NCBI GenBank assembly: GCA_002501135.1
Contig: DLRQ01000090.1
Location: 12,755 to 76,754 of the forward strand
Length of the DNA stretch: 64,000 nt
Direction of reading: 5' to 3'
From: Candidatus Neomicrothrix sp. UBA7884
Lineage (GTDB): Bacteria; Actinomycetota; Acidimicrobiia; Acidimicrobiales; MedAcidi-G1
Shown piece by piece: positions 1 through 8,543 of the stretch. The notes below the pieces were generated by a model, which was not told the origin of the DNA, did no database searches, and saw nothing but the letters and a program-made list of their open reading frames with translations. The translations under genes were made by a program, and so were the position numbers. Within the stretch, counting starts at the first letter, position 1; each line of letters opens with the position of its first letter.

Positions 1-1598
1 ACTGCTGCCATCTCAGTGGTCGCGTTCAACTTCATCGTGCAGGAACCGAGGGGGATCATTGTCCTGTCGAGTGCCAGGTCGCGGTCAGCCAACTTCCGGA
101 GCCAGCGCAACATCGAGGTCTCGCTGTGGTGGGAGTTGAAGAACTCCGAGGTGCAGAAAGGAGACTGTCGCCTCATCTCGGCGGGAATACCTGGCCGGGC
201 ACCGGAATCCAGTGATGCAAGATCGATCCCCTCGACCCCGAAGGAAGCCAGTACCGCCTCGATCGTGCCTGGCAGTGTGGTCTCGTCGAGGCTGATGCCG
301 ACCGTGTCGTCGTCGATGCGGCGCAGGTTGCACCCTCGCTCTAGGGCAGAGGAGATGATCTCATCGGCCCTCCCCGCCAGGTGTACCGAGATCGTGTCGA
401 AGAATGTGTCGTTGACGACGTTGAAACCGGCGTCGATCAGGCCTGTGGCGAGCATCGAGGCGAGCCGGTTGGTCCGTTGGGCGATCCGTCGAAGTCCGGC
501 AGGGCCATGGTAGGCGGCGTACAGGGCCGATATGACCGCCAGCAGAACCTGTGCGGTACAGATGTTTGAGGTGGCACGCTCACGCCTGATGTGCTGCTCG
601 CGTGTCTGTAGAGCCAGACGATGGGCTGTCTTGCCGTGTGAGTCCACCGATGTGCCGACCAGGCGCCCGGGGAGCATCCTCTTGTGCTGTTCAGAGACTG
701 CCATGAAGCCTGCATGAGGTCCGCCGAAGCCCATTGGCACGCCGAAACGCTGGGCGGATCCCACGACTACGTCCACTCCGAATTCTCCGGGTGGCGTCAC
801 CAGACAGAGGGCAAGGAGGTCGGCGGTTACCGCCACACCGACACCCGCCCCGCGAAGATGGTCTACGACCCTGTCGAGGGGCCTCAGGTTTCCACCAGAT
901 CCCGGAAAGGCAATTAGCGATCCGAACACATCGTGGTCTCCGTCGAGTTGGGCGGTCCACGGATCAGCCGTCTGGATTTCTATACCGAGTGGTCTGGCTC
1001 GTGTCCGGATCACGTCGATCACCTGTGGGTGGCAGTCGGAGTCCACGAGGAAGGTGTTTCGGTCGCCCCGGTGAGCCCTCTTCAGCAGGGTCATCGCCTC
1101 GGCTCCGGCAGTTGCCTCGTCGAGGAGGGATGCGTTGGCCAGGTCCATTCCCGTCAGGTCCGAGATCATCGTCTGGAAACCCAGGAGCACCTCGAGCCTT
1201 CCCTGCGATATCTCAGGCTGGTAGGGCGTGTAAGCGGTGTACCAGGCTGGATTCTCGAACACGTTTCGGGCTATCACAGCGGGCATGTGGGTGTCGTACC
1301 AACCGGTGCCGATGAGGCTCGTCACGACCGTGTTGCGGTCGGCGAATCCGCGGAGTCGGGAAAGGGCCTCCTCTTCGCCCATGGGACCGGCCAGATCAAG
1401 CGGGGTTCTGTCCCTGATCGACTCCGGGATGATGGCGTCGATGAGGTCATCCAGGTTGGGGGAGCCGACCACCTCGAGCATCTGGGTGACCCCAGCCTCG
1501 TCTGGGCCGAGGTGGCGTCGATGGAACGCCGTGTCATCCAGGAGTTCGTCCAGGGATGGGAGGGGCTCAGTCGGGTTCGACATCTCTGTGGTGTCCAT
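1..1598 (-). CDS. gcvP: glycine dehydrogenase (decarboxylating), P-protein of the glycine cleavage system; N-terminal ~532 codons, 3' end runs off the window
   Basis: The minus-strand frame is open from ATG 1598 to the window edge. It is absent from the ORF track because no stop lies inside the window. Hand translation gives MDTTEMSNPTEPLPSLDELLDDTAFHRRHLGPD. Around 700-790 it gives VTPPGEFGVDVVVGSAQRFGVPMGFGGPHAGFM, a P-protein signature. A glycine riboswitch lies immediately upstream. Confidence 0.92.
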   Translation of the reverse strand, partial: MDTTEMSNPTEPLPSLDELLDDTAFHRRHLGPDEAGVTQMLEVVGSPNLDDLIDAIIPESIRDRTPLDLAGPMGEEEALSRLRGFADRNTVVTSLIGTGWYDTHMPAVIARNVFENPAWYTAYTPYQPEISQGRLEVLLGFQTMISDLTGMDLANASLLDEATAGAEAMTLLKRAHRGDRNTFLVDSDCHPQVIDVIRTRARPLGIEIQTADPWTAQLDGDHDVFGSLIAFPGSGGNLRPLDRVVDHLRGAGVGVAVTADLLALCLVTPPGEFGVDVVVGSAQRFGVPMGFGGPHAGFMAVSEQHKRMLPGRLVGTSVDSHGKTAHRLALQTREQHIRRERATSNICTAQVLLAVISALYAAYHGPAGLRRIAQRTNRLASMLATGLIDAGFNVVNDTFFDTISVHLAGRADEIISSALERGCNLRRIDDDTVGISLDETTLPGTIEAVLASFGVEGIDLASLDSGARPGIPAEMRRQSPFCTSEFFNSHHSETSMLRWLRKLADRDLALDRTMIPLGSCTMKLNATTEMAA

Positions 1599-1605
1599 TC
1601 CGGGT

Positions 1606-1825
1606 AGAGGAGGGCGTGTTTGGGTTACGCCCTCCTCTGTCCGGTACCTGAGAGATGGACCTGACATGGGAAATGGCCCCGAGTCAGGCTTGCCCCGTCG
1701 GTGGACCGGTCGCAGCCGATCTCTCTCCAGAGTTGCCAGCCCCCGCGGTCCAGTCGCCTGAGAGTTTCCGAGGGCGGTTGCTCCTTCGGCGCCCCGGTCA
1801 AGCCGGAGTCTCTCCCACAGGGGTT
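1606..1825 (-). promoter_or_regulatory. tandem glycine riboswitch (two aptamers plus expression-platform hairpin) in the gcvP leader
   Basis: The minus strand reads GGGAGAG..CGCCGAAGGAGCAA..CTCTCAGGC..GGAC for aptamer 1. Aptamer 2 reads CTCTGGAGAG..CACCGACGGGGCAA..CTCTCAGGT..GGACAG. A perfect 12-bp hairpin follows (AGAGGAGGGCGT/ACGCCCTCCTCT, 1606-1617 pairing with 1627-1638) and ends 7 nt before the gcvP ATG. Confidence 0.9.
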
Positions 1826-2057
1826 ATGTCAGCAACAGACAAGATAGCCGGAACGGGTCCCGATAGATAGATGGCATCCGTCACAGAGAGTGGCCCGGGT
1901 GATGGTCCACCCATCGGGCGCCTTCAGCCGCCTGAGGGTGATCCTGTCAGGGATGTATCGTCCAGGACAGCATGGAACTGTTCCCAGATGCAACCCCTGA
2001 GAGGTCGGCCTCTGCCAAGAGGTCTGATGGCCCGGGAACTCGCGTAGGTGAACTCGG

Positions 2058-2888
2058 GTGAGCCCCACACTTGTGATCATGGCGGGAGGGCTCGGCACGC
2101 GGTTCGGTGGCGACAAGCAACTAATTCCAGTAGGTCCCGGCGGCGAGACCTTCCTCGACCTTGCGATCACGGATGCGGCTGAATCGGGAATCCATGAAGT
2201 AGTAATCGTCGCCAGAACCAATCTTGATGCTCTGCTCAGGCAACACCTGGAAACTCAGGACCACTCAGCATCCAGCATCCGTATCGCCCACCAGGATTCC
2301 TTTGGTCCGGCGCGGTCCAAGCCTTGGGGGACCGGCCATGCCGTGCTCTGTGCAGCAGCGGAAAGCAGCGGTTCGCTGGTCGTCCTGAACGCCGACGACT
2401 ACTACGGAACGGGTGGATCGGCCCTGGCAGCCGAGGGACTCTCCGGCGACGATGAGGAACGGGCGGTGCTCGTGGCCTATGAACTTGAGCGAACACTCTC
2501 CCCGGACGGCCTGGTCTCGCGTGGAGTGTGCGAGTTGGAAGGCGGTCACCTCGTCGGACTTGTCGAGACACACGGGATTCGAAAGGTCGGAGGCCAGATT
2601 CATGCAGAGGATCCACCTGGCCGGCTTGACCCGGTCACGCCGGTGTCGATGAACCTGTGGGGCCTGCCTCGTCGGGTGCTGGATCAACTGGACCGGCAGT
2701 GGAGCGACTTCCATTCAGCCAACTCTGACGACAAGGACATCGAGTTTCTGCTTCCTGAGGCGATTGAGCAGCAGCGCGCCCGGGGCCTTGTGATAGTTGA
2801 CGTCGTTCGGTCGGGGGAGAGTTGGATGGGCATCACCAATCCTGAGGATCTGGCGGTGGCCCGAAGGGCGTTTGCCGGCGGCCTCTGA
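2058..2888 (+). CDS. sugar-phosphate nucleotidyltransferase family protein (substrate unknown)
   Basis: 276-aa GTG-start ORF. The N-terminal loop IMAGGLGTRFGGDKQL matches the GxGTRxxxxxK NTP-transferase motif. Confidence 0.8.
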   Translation: MSPTLVIMAGGLGTRFGGDKQLIPVGPGGETFLDLAITDAAESGIHEVVIVARTNLDALLRQHLETQDHSASSIRIAHQDSFGPARSKPWGTGHAVLCAAAESSGSLVVLNADDYYGTGGSALAAEGLSGDDEERAVLVAYELERTLSPDGLVSRGVCELEGGHLVGLVETHGIRKVGGQIHAEDPPGRLDPVTPVSMNLWGLPRRVLDQLDRQWSDFHSANSDDKDIEFLLPEAIEQQRARGLVIVDVVRSGESWMGITNPEDLAVARRAFAGGL

Positions 2889-2899
2889 GGCCCGGCGTC

Positions 2900-3550
2900 T
2901 CAGTTGCCGAGGCGGTCCGTGCCTGCTTCGAGGCCCGGAAGCTGGATCTGTAGTTCAAAGCCGCGCTCAGCAGCGTCTGCCAGGACCAACTGTTCGCATT
3001 CCAACCAGTTGTGTGCCCTGGGTCCATCGAGATGCTGGTTGTAGGGAGCGTCAAAGACAATGACCTGATTGCCTGAAGCCCGTAGGGCCTCGACATTGTG
3101 TGGCCCGTCGTCAATGTAGAGATCAGCCTCGACCTCAGGCTTGGCACCCAGGAAGCAGATGTCCCGGTAGGGGATTCGGGCACGGTCCAGCCACCCAACT
3201 GTGTCGGCGATTGCCGTGGCGTGGGTCCAGTTCACATAGAGGCGGTGGGTGATCACCCGAATCCAGATTCCGATGTCGGAGAGCCTCCAGAGCGTCTCCG
3301 AGGTGTCGTCGATGACTGGCATTGATCGCAGGATGCGATGTTCGCTGACCGCCAGGAAGTGGAGTCGCTCGAAGTCCTCAGCCGACATGCCCCATTCACT
3401 GAAGTCCCAGGATCGCAGCAGCGGAAGGGATTCTTCTGAGACGCCGGTCTCCTGGGCGACAACGGAACGAAATGCCGCTGTGTAGTCACCACAGACGCCG
3501 TCCAGGTCAACACCGAGGACATAGGGACGGTCCGGCCTGTCGCCGCTCAT
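2900..3550 (-). CDS. HAD-superfamily 5'(3')-deoxyribonucleotidase-like (NT5C family) phosphatase
   Basis: 216-aa ORF with the HAD motif I LGVDLDGVCGDY. The later YIDDGPHN motif is consistent with the NT5C-type fold. Confidence 0.7.
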   Translation of the reverse strand: MSGDRPDRPYVLGVDLDGVCGDYTAAFRSVVAQETGVSEESLPLLRSWDFSEWGMSAEDFERLHFLAVSEHRILRSMPVIDDTSETLWRLSDIGIWIRVITHRLYVNWTHATAIADTVGWLDRARIPYRDICFLGAKPEVEADLYIDDGPHNVEALRASGNQVIVFDAPYNQHLDGPRAHNWLECEQLVLADAAERGFELQIQLPGLEAGTDRLGN

Positions 3551-3620
3551 CGGTCACCCCACTGCTGCATCCGGTAGAGGCTAGACGGTGAACCTCGCCG
3601 GACAGGTGGCCGAAAACGGC

Positions 3621-3654
3621 GGAAGCCCCGTCACCCGGGGGCGACGGGGCTTCC
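3621..3654 (-). terminator. intrinsic terminator downstream of the 3669-3989 gene
   Basis: Perfect 12-bp stem GGAAGCCCCGTC / GACGGGGCTTCC with a 10-nt loop. On the minus strand it is followed by GCCGTTTTCGG, a U-run. It starts 15 nt after the stop codon at 3669. Confidence 0.75.
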
Positions 3655-3668
3655 GGACTGAACGAAGG

Positions 3669-3989
3669 TCAGCGTGCCACGCCTTTGCCAAGCGCACTGA
3701 TTGCTGCGTCCTTGATCGGAATGAAGCCGACAATTGCCAGCGCCGTTCCAATGTCGCTACCAAAATCACCAAGGCCCAGTACCTCTGTCGACGCACCGAA
3801 GCCGAAGCCTCCGACGTCGCTGATCAGAACGAACACATATGCCCAGATCAGTGTCAGATTGGAACCGATGACGGGCAGGCCCTTGAGCATGCTGTTGACA
3901 CCGACGGTGTCGAGGATGCTGTCCAGAACTGCCACAACACCCTGAAAAATGATCGCCATGACGATCAGGGTGAGGATGGTTGACATCAT
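3669..3989 (-). CDS. small hydrophobic membrane protein, no family recognised
   Basis: 106-aa ORF (MMSTILTLIVMAIIFQGVVAVL...) with 2-3 hydrophobic segments. An SD-like AAAGGGG lies ~10 nt upstream of the ATG and the gene has its own terminator. Codons are visibly more A/T-rich than in neighbouring genes. Confidence 0.6.
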   Translation of the reverse strand: MMSTILTLIVMAIIFQGVVAVLDSILDTVGVNSMLKGLPVIGSNLTLIWAYVFVLISDVGGFGFGASTEVLGLGDFGSDIGTALAIVGFIPIKDAAISALGKGVAR

Positions 3990-4742
3990 TGTGGTTTACC
4001 CCTTTTTGTTGTCAGCCGCCGGCTCGGGATCGAGTCGGATCTGCTTGTGTAAAGCAACGCTAGGAGGATTACCCACATTCGGGGTGGATGCAAGCGCAAC
4101 ATCACCGCAACATCCCCGTGTGCAGTGTTGCGATCATGTAACATCCCTCGGGAGGCTCTCGAGAGGGACGGCCATTGGAAATTGTCGTTCCGGAACGCGG
4201 AAACGGCTCCGAGTAGCCTCCCGGCGAACCGGTCAACTCCTCGGAGCCGCTCCTGTCGTTCCACTCCCACCAGGTCGGTACCACCACCCGAGGGCAGCGG
4301 CACAACCCGGAATCAACCCGAGCCGGTTGGAGCCTCACCCGGCGGTGCTCCTCCGGGCCTTGCGACCCGAACTCGCCCTACCGGCCTCGACACCTCCGTG
4401 TCTCTGGCCGACCCGCTGCCCCTCTTCAGAGGCAACGTGGTTGCGGTCCTCCCCGAACACTTCTCCGGGCCTTTCCCAGGGTCTCGACACTCCTCGGCGG
4501 GTGCAGAGCTTGCGCTCACTCCCGCTTCGGGTGTCGGTTCCGTCCGGTTCCGAATCCCTTCGCCGTGTCCGGCGTGGGGAGCATCATGCGCAACGGTGAT
4601 GGCTTCGTCAACGGGTTTAGGGCATTTCCCCAGAAAGAACGGTGATATCCCCAGAACCGTCAGATGATTTGCACAGGTATTCCACAGAACACCGTGATTT
4701 CGAGCCCTGTTGGGAGTACCCCGGGGAGGTCTCAGGAGAATC

Positions 4743-5147
4743 TCAGGTAGAAAGGGCCACACCCATCAAGAGCGCACCGAGACCAGCGATAACGCCCAGT
4801 GCACCGGTGAAACCCCGGACAGCGACCGATGAGGTGTTGCTGTGTACCGCCGCCGCACCTCCAGACAGGCCCACGAGGAGCAACTTGACCAGAAGGGTCG
4901 CCAGATAGGCGGTGCCCCGGATGGATAGGCTCACCTCAAACAGATTCCAGACACCCGTCGAAACAGCAAGGGCGAAGAAGATCCACGCCACGCGGCCGAA
5001 ACGGTTCGCAGCAATCCGCGGGGCATCCGGGTCGAGCCTCCGCAGAACTGGCACCAGCGCTGCCATGGTCAGTTGGCCGCCTACCCAACCCGCTACGCCG
5101 AGAAGGTGGAGGAAGAGGCGGACCTCAGCCAGGCCCAGATCGTTCAT
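4743..5147 (-). CDS. integral membrane protein (CopD-like / DUF4149-like, 4 predicted TM helices)
   Basis: 134-aa ORF with HLLGVAGWVGGQL and further hydrophobic helices. The family assignment rests on motif-level resemblance only. Confidence 0.6.
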   Translation of the reverse strand: MNDLGLAEVRLFLHLLGVAGWVGGQLTMAALVPVLRRLDPDAPRIAANRFGRVAWIFFALAVSTGVWNLFEVSLSIRGTAYLATLLVKLLLVGLSGGAAAVHSNTSSVAVRGFTGALGVIAGLGALLMGVALST

Positions 5148-5217
5148 CGACGCATTCTGGCAGCGGTTGCACAGCTTTCAGTGCCGGCACTCCGATATCT
5201 CCCCGGGGCTGGGCGCG

Positions 5218-6048
5218 TCAGGCCCACTGGTCGCGCTCGATCAGCACATCCCGGAGAACAGCCGGTCTGTCGGTCATGAGCCCGTCCACACCCAGGTCGA
5301 GGAGAGTGTGCATCTCATCAGGATCATCGACGGTCCAGACATGGACCTGTAGCGCCATTCGGTGTGCGTGCTCGACGAACCGCCTGTCGACAATGCGAAC
5401 ACCCCTCGATCTCACCGGAACCTGAAGACAACGCCACGGTGGAGAACTGAATGGAAATCCGAAGTTTGCCAGGCGGAAGCGGCCTGTGGCTCCCGGGCCT
5501 GCTGACGTGCAGAGCCCGCCACCCAGCAGGTCGCGGCACCGCTCAATTCTCCGATCCGAGAAGGCTCCGATACAGACCCTCGCCAGGACGTCGTGATCCC
5601 GAATCACCCTGACGAGCGCATCGACCACTGCATCATCTTTCGGGTCGATGTTCACACGCGCTGCGGGGAACGCCTCGAACAGGTCCGACAGGCGTGGCAC
5701 ACCCTCGGTTCCACCAACGCGAGCCTGCGACACTTCGTCCCACGAGAGTTCTGAGATCAGGCCCACGGAATCGCTCACCCTGTCCAGCGAACTGTCGTGG
5801 AATGCAACCACGGTGCCATCGGCGGTCAGGTGCACATCCGTCTCCAGGTAGGTGAAGCCAAGGTCCACGGCGTGGGCAAACGCAGCCATGGTGTTCTCAG
5901 GCCAGTCGCCGGTACCGCCCCGATGGGCAAATGCCAGGACACCCGGATGCGTCAGGAACGGATGGCGGTCGGCGTGAGATGGAGGAACCATCCCGTCGAC
6001 CGTACCCGTAGCGCATCGGAAGGGCGCCACAGCCTTGACGACAATCAT
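5218..6048 (-). CDS. glycerophosphodiester phosphodiesterase (GDPD family)
   Basis: FAHRGGTGDWPENTMAAFAHAVDLGFTYLETDVHLTADGTVVAFHDSSLDRV is the GDPD catalytic signature. The start may instead be the internal ATG at 5991. Confidence 0.88.
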   Translation of the reverse strand: MIVVKAVAPFRCATGTVDGMVPPSHADRHPFLTHPGVLAFAHRGGTGDWPENTMAAFAHAVDLGFTYLETDVHLTADGTVVAFHDSSLDRVSDSVGLISELSWDEVSQARVGGTEGVPRLSDLFEAFPAARVNIDPKDDAVVDALVRVIRDHDVLARVCIGAFSDRRIERCRDLLGGGLCTSAGPGATGRFRLANFGFPFSSPPWRCLQVPVRSRGVRIVDRRFVEHAHRMALQVHVWTVDDPDEMHTLLDLGVDGLMTDRPAVLRDVLIERDQWA

Positions 6049-6089
6049 GTAGGCAGAGACCTCAGCGGATCCACGACCGGTAGCGTGGG

Positions 6090-7532
6090 ATGATGGCCAG
6101 ACGCACCAAGATCATCGCGACAATCGGACCTGCATCCGAGGACGAGGCCACACTTCGCAATCTCGTACGCGCCGGAATGGACGTCGCGAGGCTCGGGCTG
6201 GCCCACGGAACTCTGGACGAGGCGGCCGAGCGCCTCACCGCCATCAGGAGAATCGCCGCCGAAGAGGGCAGACCGGTCGGAATCCTCGTGGACCTCCCCG
6301 GGCCGAAGGTGCGTGCAGCATCCTTTGGCGATGACTCGGTGCCGATCGTCGAGAAGTCTGAGATCCGCCTAACTGTCGGAAGCGGTTGCAGCACAGCATC
6401 GGTTATGGAGGTCGACTACGAGAGCCTCCTTGACGATGTACTTGCCGGCGACAGGCTCAGCATCGGTGACGGCCGGGTGATCCTCGAGGTGAGCGAGGTC
6501 GGCGGCGACCAGTTGGTGGCAAGGGTGATGCACGGCGGATTTCTGAGTGGGTGTCCCGGTGTCCACGTGCCCTCTGACAGGTTGTCGATTACGGCACCGA
6601 CCGCTGAGGACATCTCCTCCCTCGAGCGCTTTCTGGAACTCGATGTCGACATGGTCGCCGTGTCATTTGTCAGGTCTGCCGAGGATCTCATGAGGCTGCC
6701 TGTCGAGCCGCATCCCACCGGCCCCCTCGTGGTAGCCAAGATCGAGACAAGGGCTGCGATCGAGAACCTTCCCGCAATCATCGAAGCCTCCGGAGCGATC
6801 ATGGTGGCCCGCGGGGACCTGGGCAACGAGTGTCGCCTCGAGGAGCTGCCGATTCTCCAGAAGGAGATCATCCGGGAATGCATCGCCCTCGGCCGCCCCG
6901 CTATCACGGCAACCCAGATGCTCGAGACCATGATCACCAACCCGGAACCGACGCGGGCTGAGGTCTCAGACGTGGCAAACGCAGTCTGGGATGGTTCAAG
7001 CGCAGTGATGCTGTCAGGGGAGACTGCAATCGGGAGCGACCCCGGCAACGTCGTAGCCACAATGTCGCGCATTGCCGAGCGCGCGGACGACGAGTTCGAC
7101 CACCGATCGTGGGCGTCAGAGTTGTCCGACCTGCGCCTGACCGACAGGGGCGAGCCTGACAGCGCCGTTACCGATGCAATGACCATGGCTGCGGCCAGGG
7201 CGCTGGCCGAGTTGAGCGTCAAGACGGTCCTGTGCATCTCAGGGTCAGGGTTTACCGTGCGCTCGATGGCACGCTTTCGTCCCGAGGCCCGCATTCTCGG
7301 CTTCAGCGCCAACAAGCGAACAGTTGGCCAACTGACCCTGAGTTGGGGAACCGAGCCCCTCCACCTCCCGGAGGAGGGCAGCATCGAGGAGCGGGTTGCC
7401 AGTGCCATCGCTACCGCACGCGATGCCGGGTACGTCGAACCCGGAGAACTGGTCGCAGTCCTGGCTGGAACCAACGTTCGCTCCCGCTCAACAAACGTCC
7501 TTCGCCTGGAGCTTGTGTCGCCCGCTGCCTGA
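6090..7532 (+). CDS. pyk: pyruvate kinase
   Basis: 480 aa. The N-terminus RRTKIIATIGPAS, plus MVARGDLG and the downstream domains, are typical of Pyk. Confidence 0.95.
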   Translation: MMARRTKIIATIGPASEDEATLRNLVRAGMDVARLGLAHGTLDEAAERLTAIRRIAAEEGRPVGILVDLPGPKVRAASFGDDSVPIVEKSEIRLTVGSGCSTASVMEVDYESLLDDVLAGDRLSIGDGRVILEVSEVGGDQLVARVMHGGFLSGCPGVHVPSDRLSITAPTAEDISSLERFLELDVDMVAVSFVRSAEDLMRLPVEPHPTGPLVVAKIETRAAIENLPAIIEASGAIMVARGDLGNECRLEELPILQKEIIRECIALGRPAITATQMLETMITNPEPTRAEVSDVANAVWDGSSAVMLSGETAIGSDPGNVVATMSRIAERADDEFDHRSWASELSDLRLTDRGEPDSAVTDAMTMAAARALAELSVKTVLCISGSGFTVRSMARFRPEARILGFSANKRTVGQLTLSWGTEPLHLPEEGSIEERVASAIATARDAGYVEPGELVAVLAGTNVRSRSTNVLRLELVSPAA

Positions 7533-7550
7533 GTCAGGGGTGGTGAACGG

Positions 7551-8180
7551 TTGGCCTCGACGCCGATGATCAGAGAGCGCCCCGCTCAACTTGAGTTCGC
7601 TGGAGCTGTCCTCATAGGCGGAACCAGTAGACGGATGGGTACCGACAAGGCCCTTCTGGCGTCACACGAGACGGGCGGCCTGTCGCTACTCCGCCTTGCT
7701 GCCGACGCACTCCATGCTGCCGGAGCCCGCGAGGTCATCGCAGTCGGCCGCAGCGAAACCTCTCTTTCAGCCGAGGACCTCCGCATAGTCCCGGATCTCT
7801 GGGCTGGAGAGGGCCCGTTGGGAGGGGTGGTGACGGCAATGTCTGAACTCGATGGTGCCGACCTCACCCATGTCGTGGTGCTGGCATGCGACCTCCTGGC
7901 ACCCAGCAGCATCTCAATCAGGGTGCTCCTGGCAGAAGCTGCCGAACATCCCGGTCATGTCGTGGTGCCCCTCGTGGATTCTCAGCACGAGTGGCTCCAC
8001 GCGTGTTGGCCACTCTCGTTGAAGGTCAGGCTTGAACAGGCGTTCGAATCTGGAGTGAGGGCGCCACGAAGCCTGCCCGATCTGGTTCCGGTAGAGGAGG
8101 TCACCGGAATCGATCCAGCGACCACACGCGATGCGGACACCCCTGAGGACCTCCCCTGGACGGTTCCCGGCAGTGGGTGA
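7551..8180 (+). CDS. mobA: molybdenum cofactor guanylyltransferase (MobA-like NTP transferase)
   Basis: AGAVLIGGTSRRMGTDKALL matches the MobA GG-S-RMG-DK motif. 209 aa, TTG start. Confidence 0.8.
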   Translation: MASTPMIRERPAQLEFAGAVLIGGTSRRMGTDKALLASHETGGLSLLRLAADALHAAGAREVIAVGRSETSLSAEDLRIVPDLWAGEGPLGGVVTAMSELDGADLTHVVVLACDLLAPSSISIRVLLAEAAEHPGHVVVPLVDSQHEWLHACWPLSLKVRLEQAFESGVRAPRSLPDLVPVEEVTGIDPATTRDADTPEDLPWTVPGSG

Positions 8181-8192
8181 CGGACCGATAGG

Positions 8193-8543
8193 GTGGCGCC
8201 CCGCACCTCGGAAGGGAGTGGAGTGGAAACTCCAGAAGTCGACGTAGACGCACTCGAGGACCTGCTCGTCACCAGGGCGACACTCGTCGACGTACGCGAA
8301 CCGGACGAGTACGCCGCCTTCAGGATCAACGGAACACACCACATTCCGCTGGCTGACCTTCCAGACCGGATTGGCGAAATTCCTCCAGATCGCAGTATCT
8401 ACGTGATCTGTGCAAAGGGAGGGCGGAGCCGGGCCGCCGTTGACTTCCTACTACATCAGGGCCTCACCGCCGTGAACGTCGCCGGTGGCACAGCCGCCTG
8501 GATTGAGAGCGGACGACCAGTAGAGACAGGGGAACCGACCTGA
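8193..8543 (+). CDS. rhodanese-like single-domain sulfurtransferase
   Basis: VREPDEYAAFRINGTHHIP...IYVICAKGGRSRAAVDFL contains the rhodanese active-site loop CxxGxR. Confidence 0.85.
   Translation: MAPRTSEGSGVETPEVDVDALEDLLVTRATLVDVREPDEYAAFRINGTHHIPLADLPDRIGEIPPDRSIYVICAKGGRSRAAVDFLLHQGLTAVNVAGGTAAWIESGRPVETGEPT

Noticed and set aside
16-1607. Plus-strand ORFs 16-513, 734-1315, 933-1607 and 1237-1761, and minus ORFs 85-333, 437-715 and 691-960.
   Set aside because: All lie within or opposite the gcvP reading frame. That frame is open to the window edge and carries the GFGGPHAGF P-protein signature. The listed ORFs are compositional junk.
1829-2221. 130-aa minus-strand ORF spanning the gcvP promoter region and the start of the nucleotidyltransferase gene.
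   Set aside because: It has no motifs, overlaps the well-supported + strand gene, and sits upstream of the riboswitch where the promoter should be.
3990-4742. I tested whether the ORF-poor region is RNase P RNA, tmRNA, SRP RNA, a cobalamin riboswitch or a group II intron domain V.
   Set aside because: Neither strand has any of the hallmark strings. Those checked were GAGGAAAGUCCGG and ACAGAACCCGGCUUA for RNase P, a tRNA-like 3' end or tag ORF for tmRNA, the GGAA/AGCA domain IV motif for SRP, the B12 box, and a D5 hairpin. The region is left unclassified.
6416-7474. 352-aa minus-strand ORF opposite pyk. Similar long antisense ORFs occur elsewhere: 11762-13054 opposite glcD; 8914-9588 opposite rnd; 40680-42203 opposite the M20 gene; 42590-43561 opposite the ThyX-like gene; 45726-46526 opposite the crotonase gene; 46879-47616 opposite the basic-IDR protein gene; 54698-57813 (+) opposite gltB; and 62312-63522 (+) opposite trkA.
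   Set aside because: These are typical high-GC shadow frames. They are Arg/Ser/Pro/Ala-rich with no motifs, and each fully overlaps a gene with unambiguous family signatures on the other strand.
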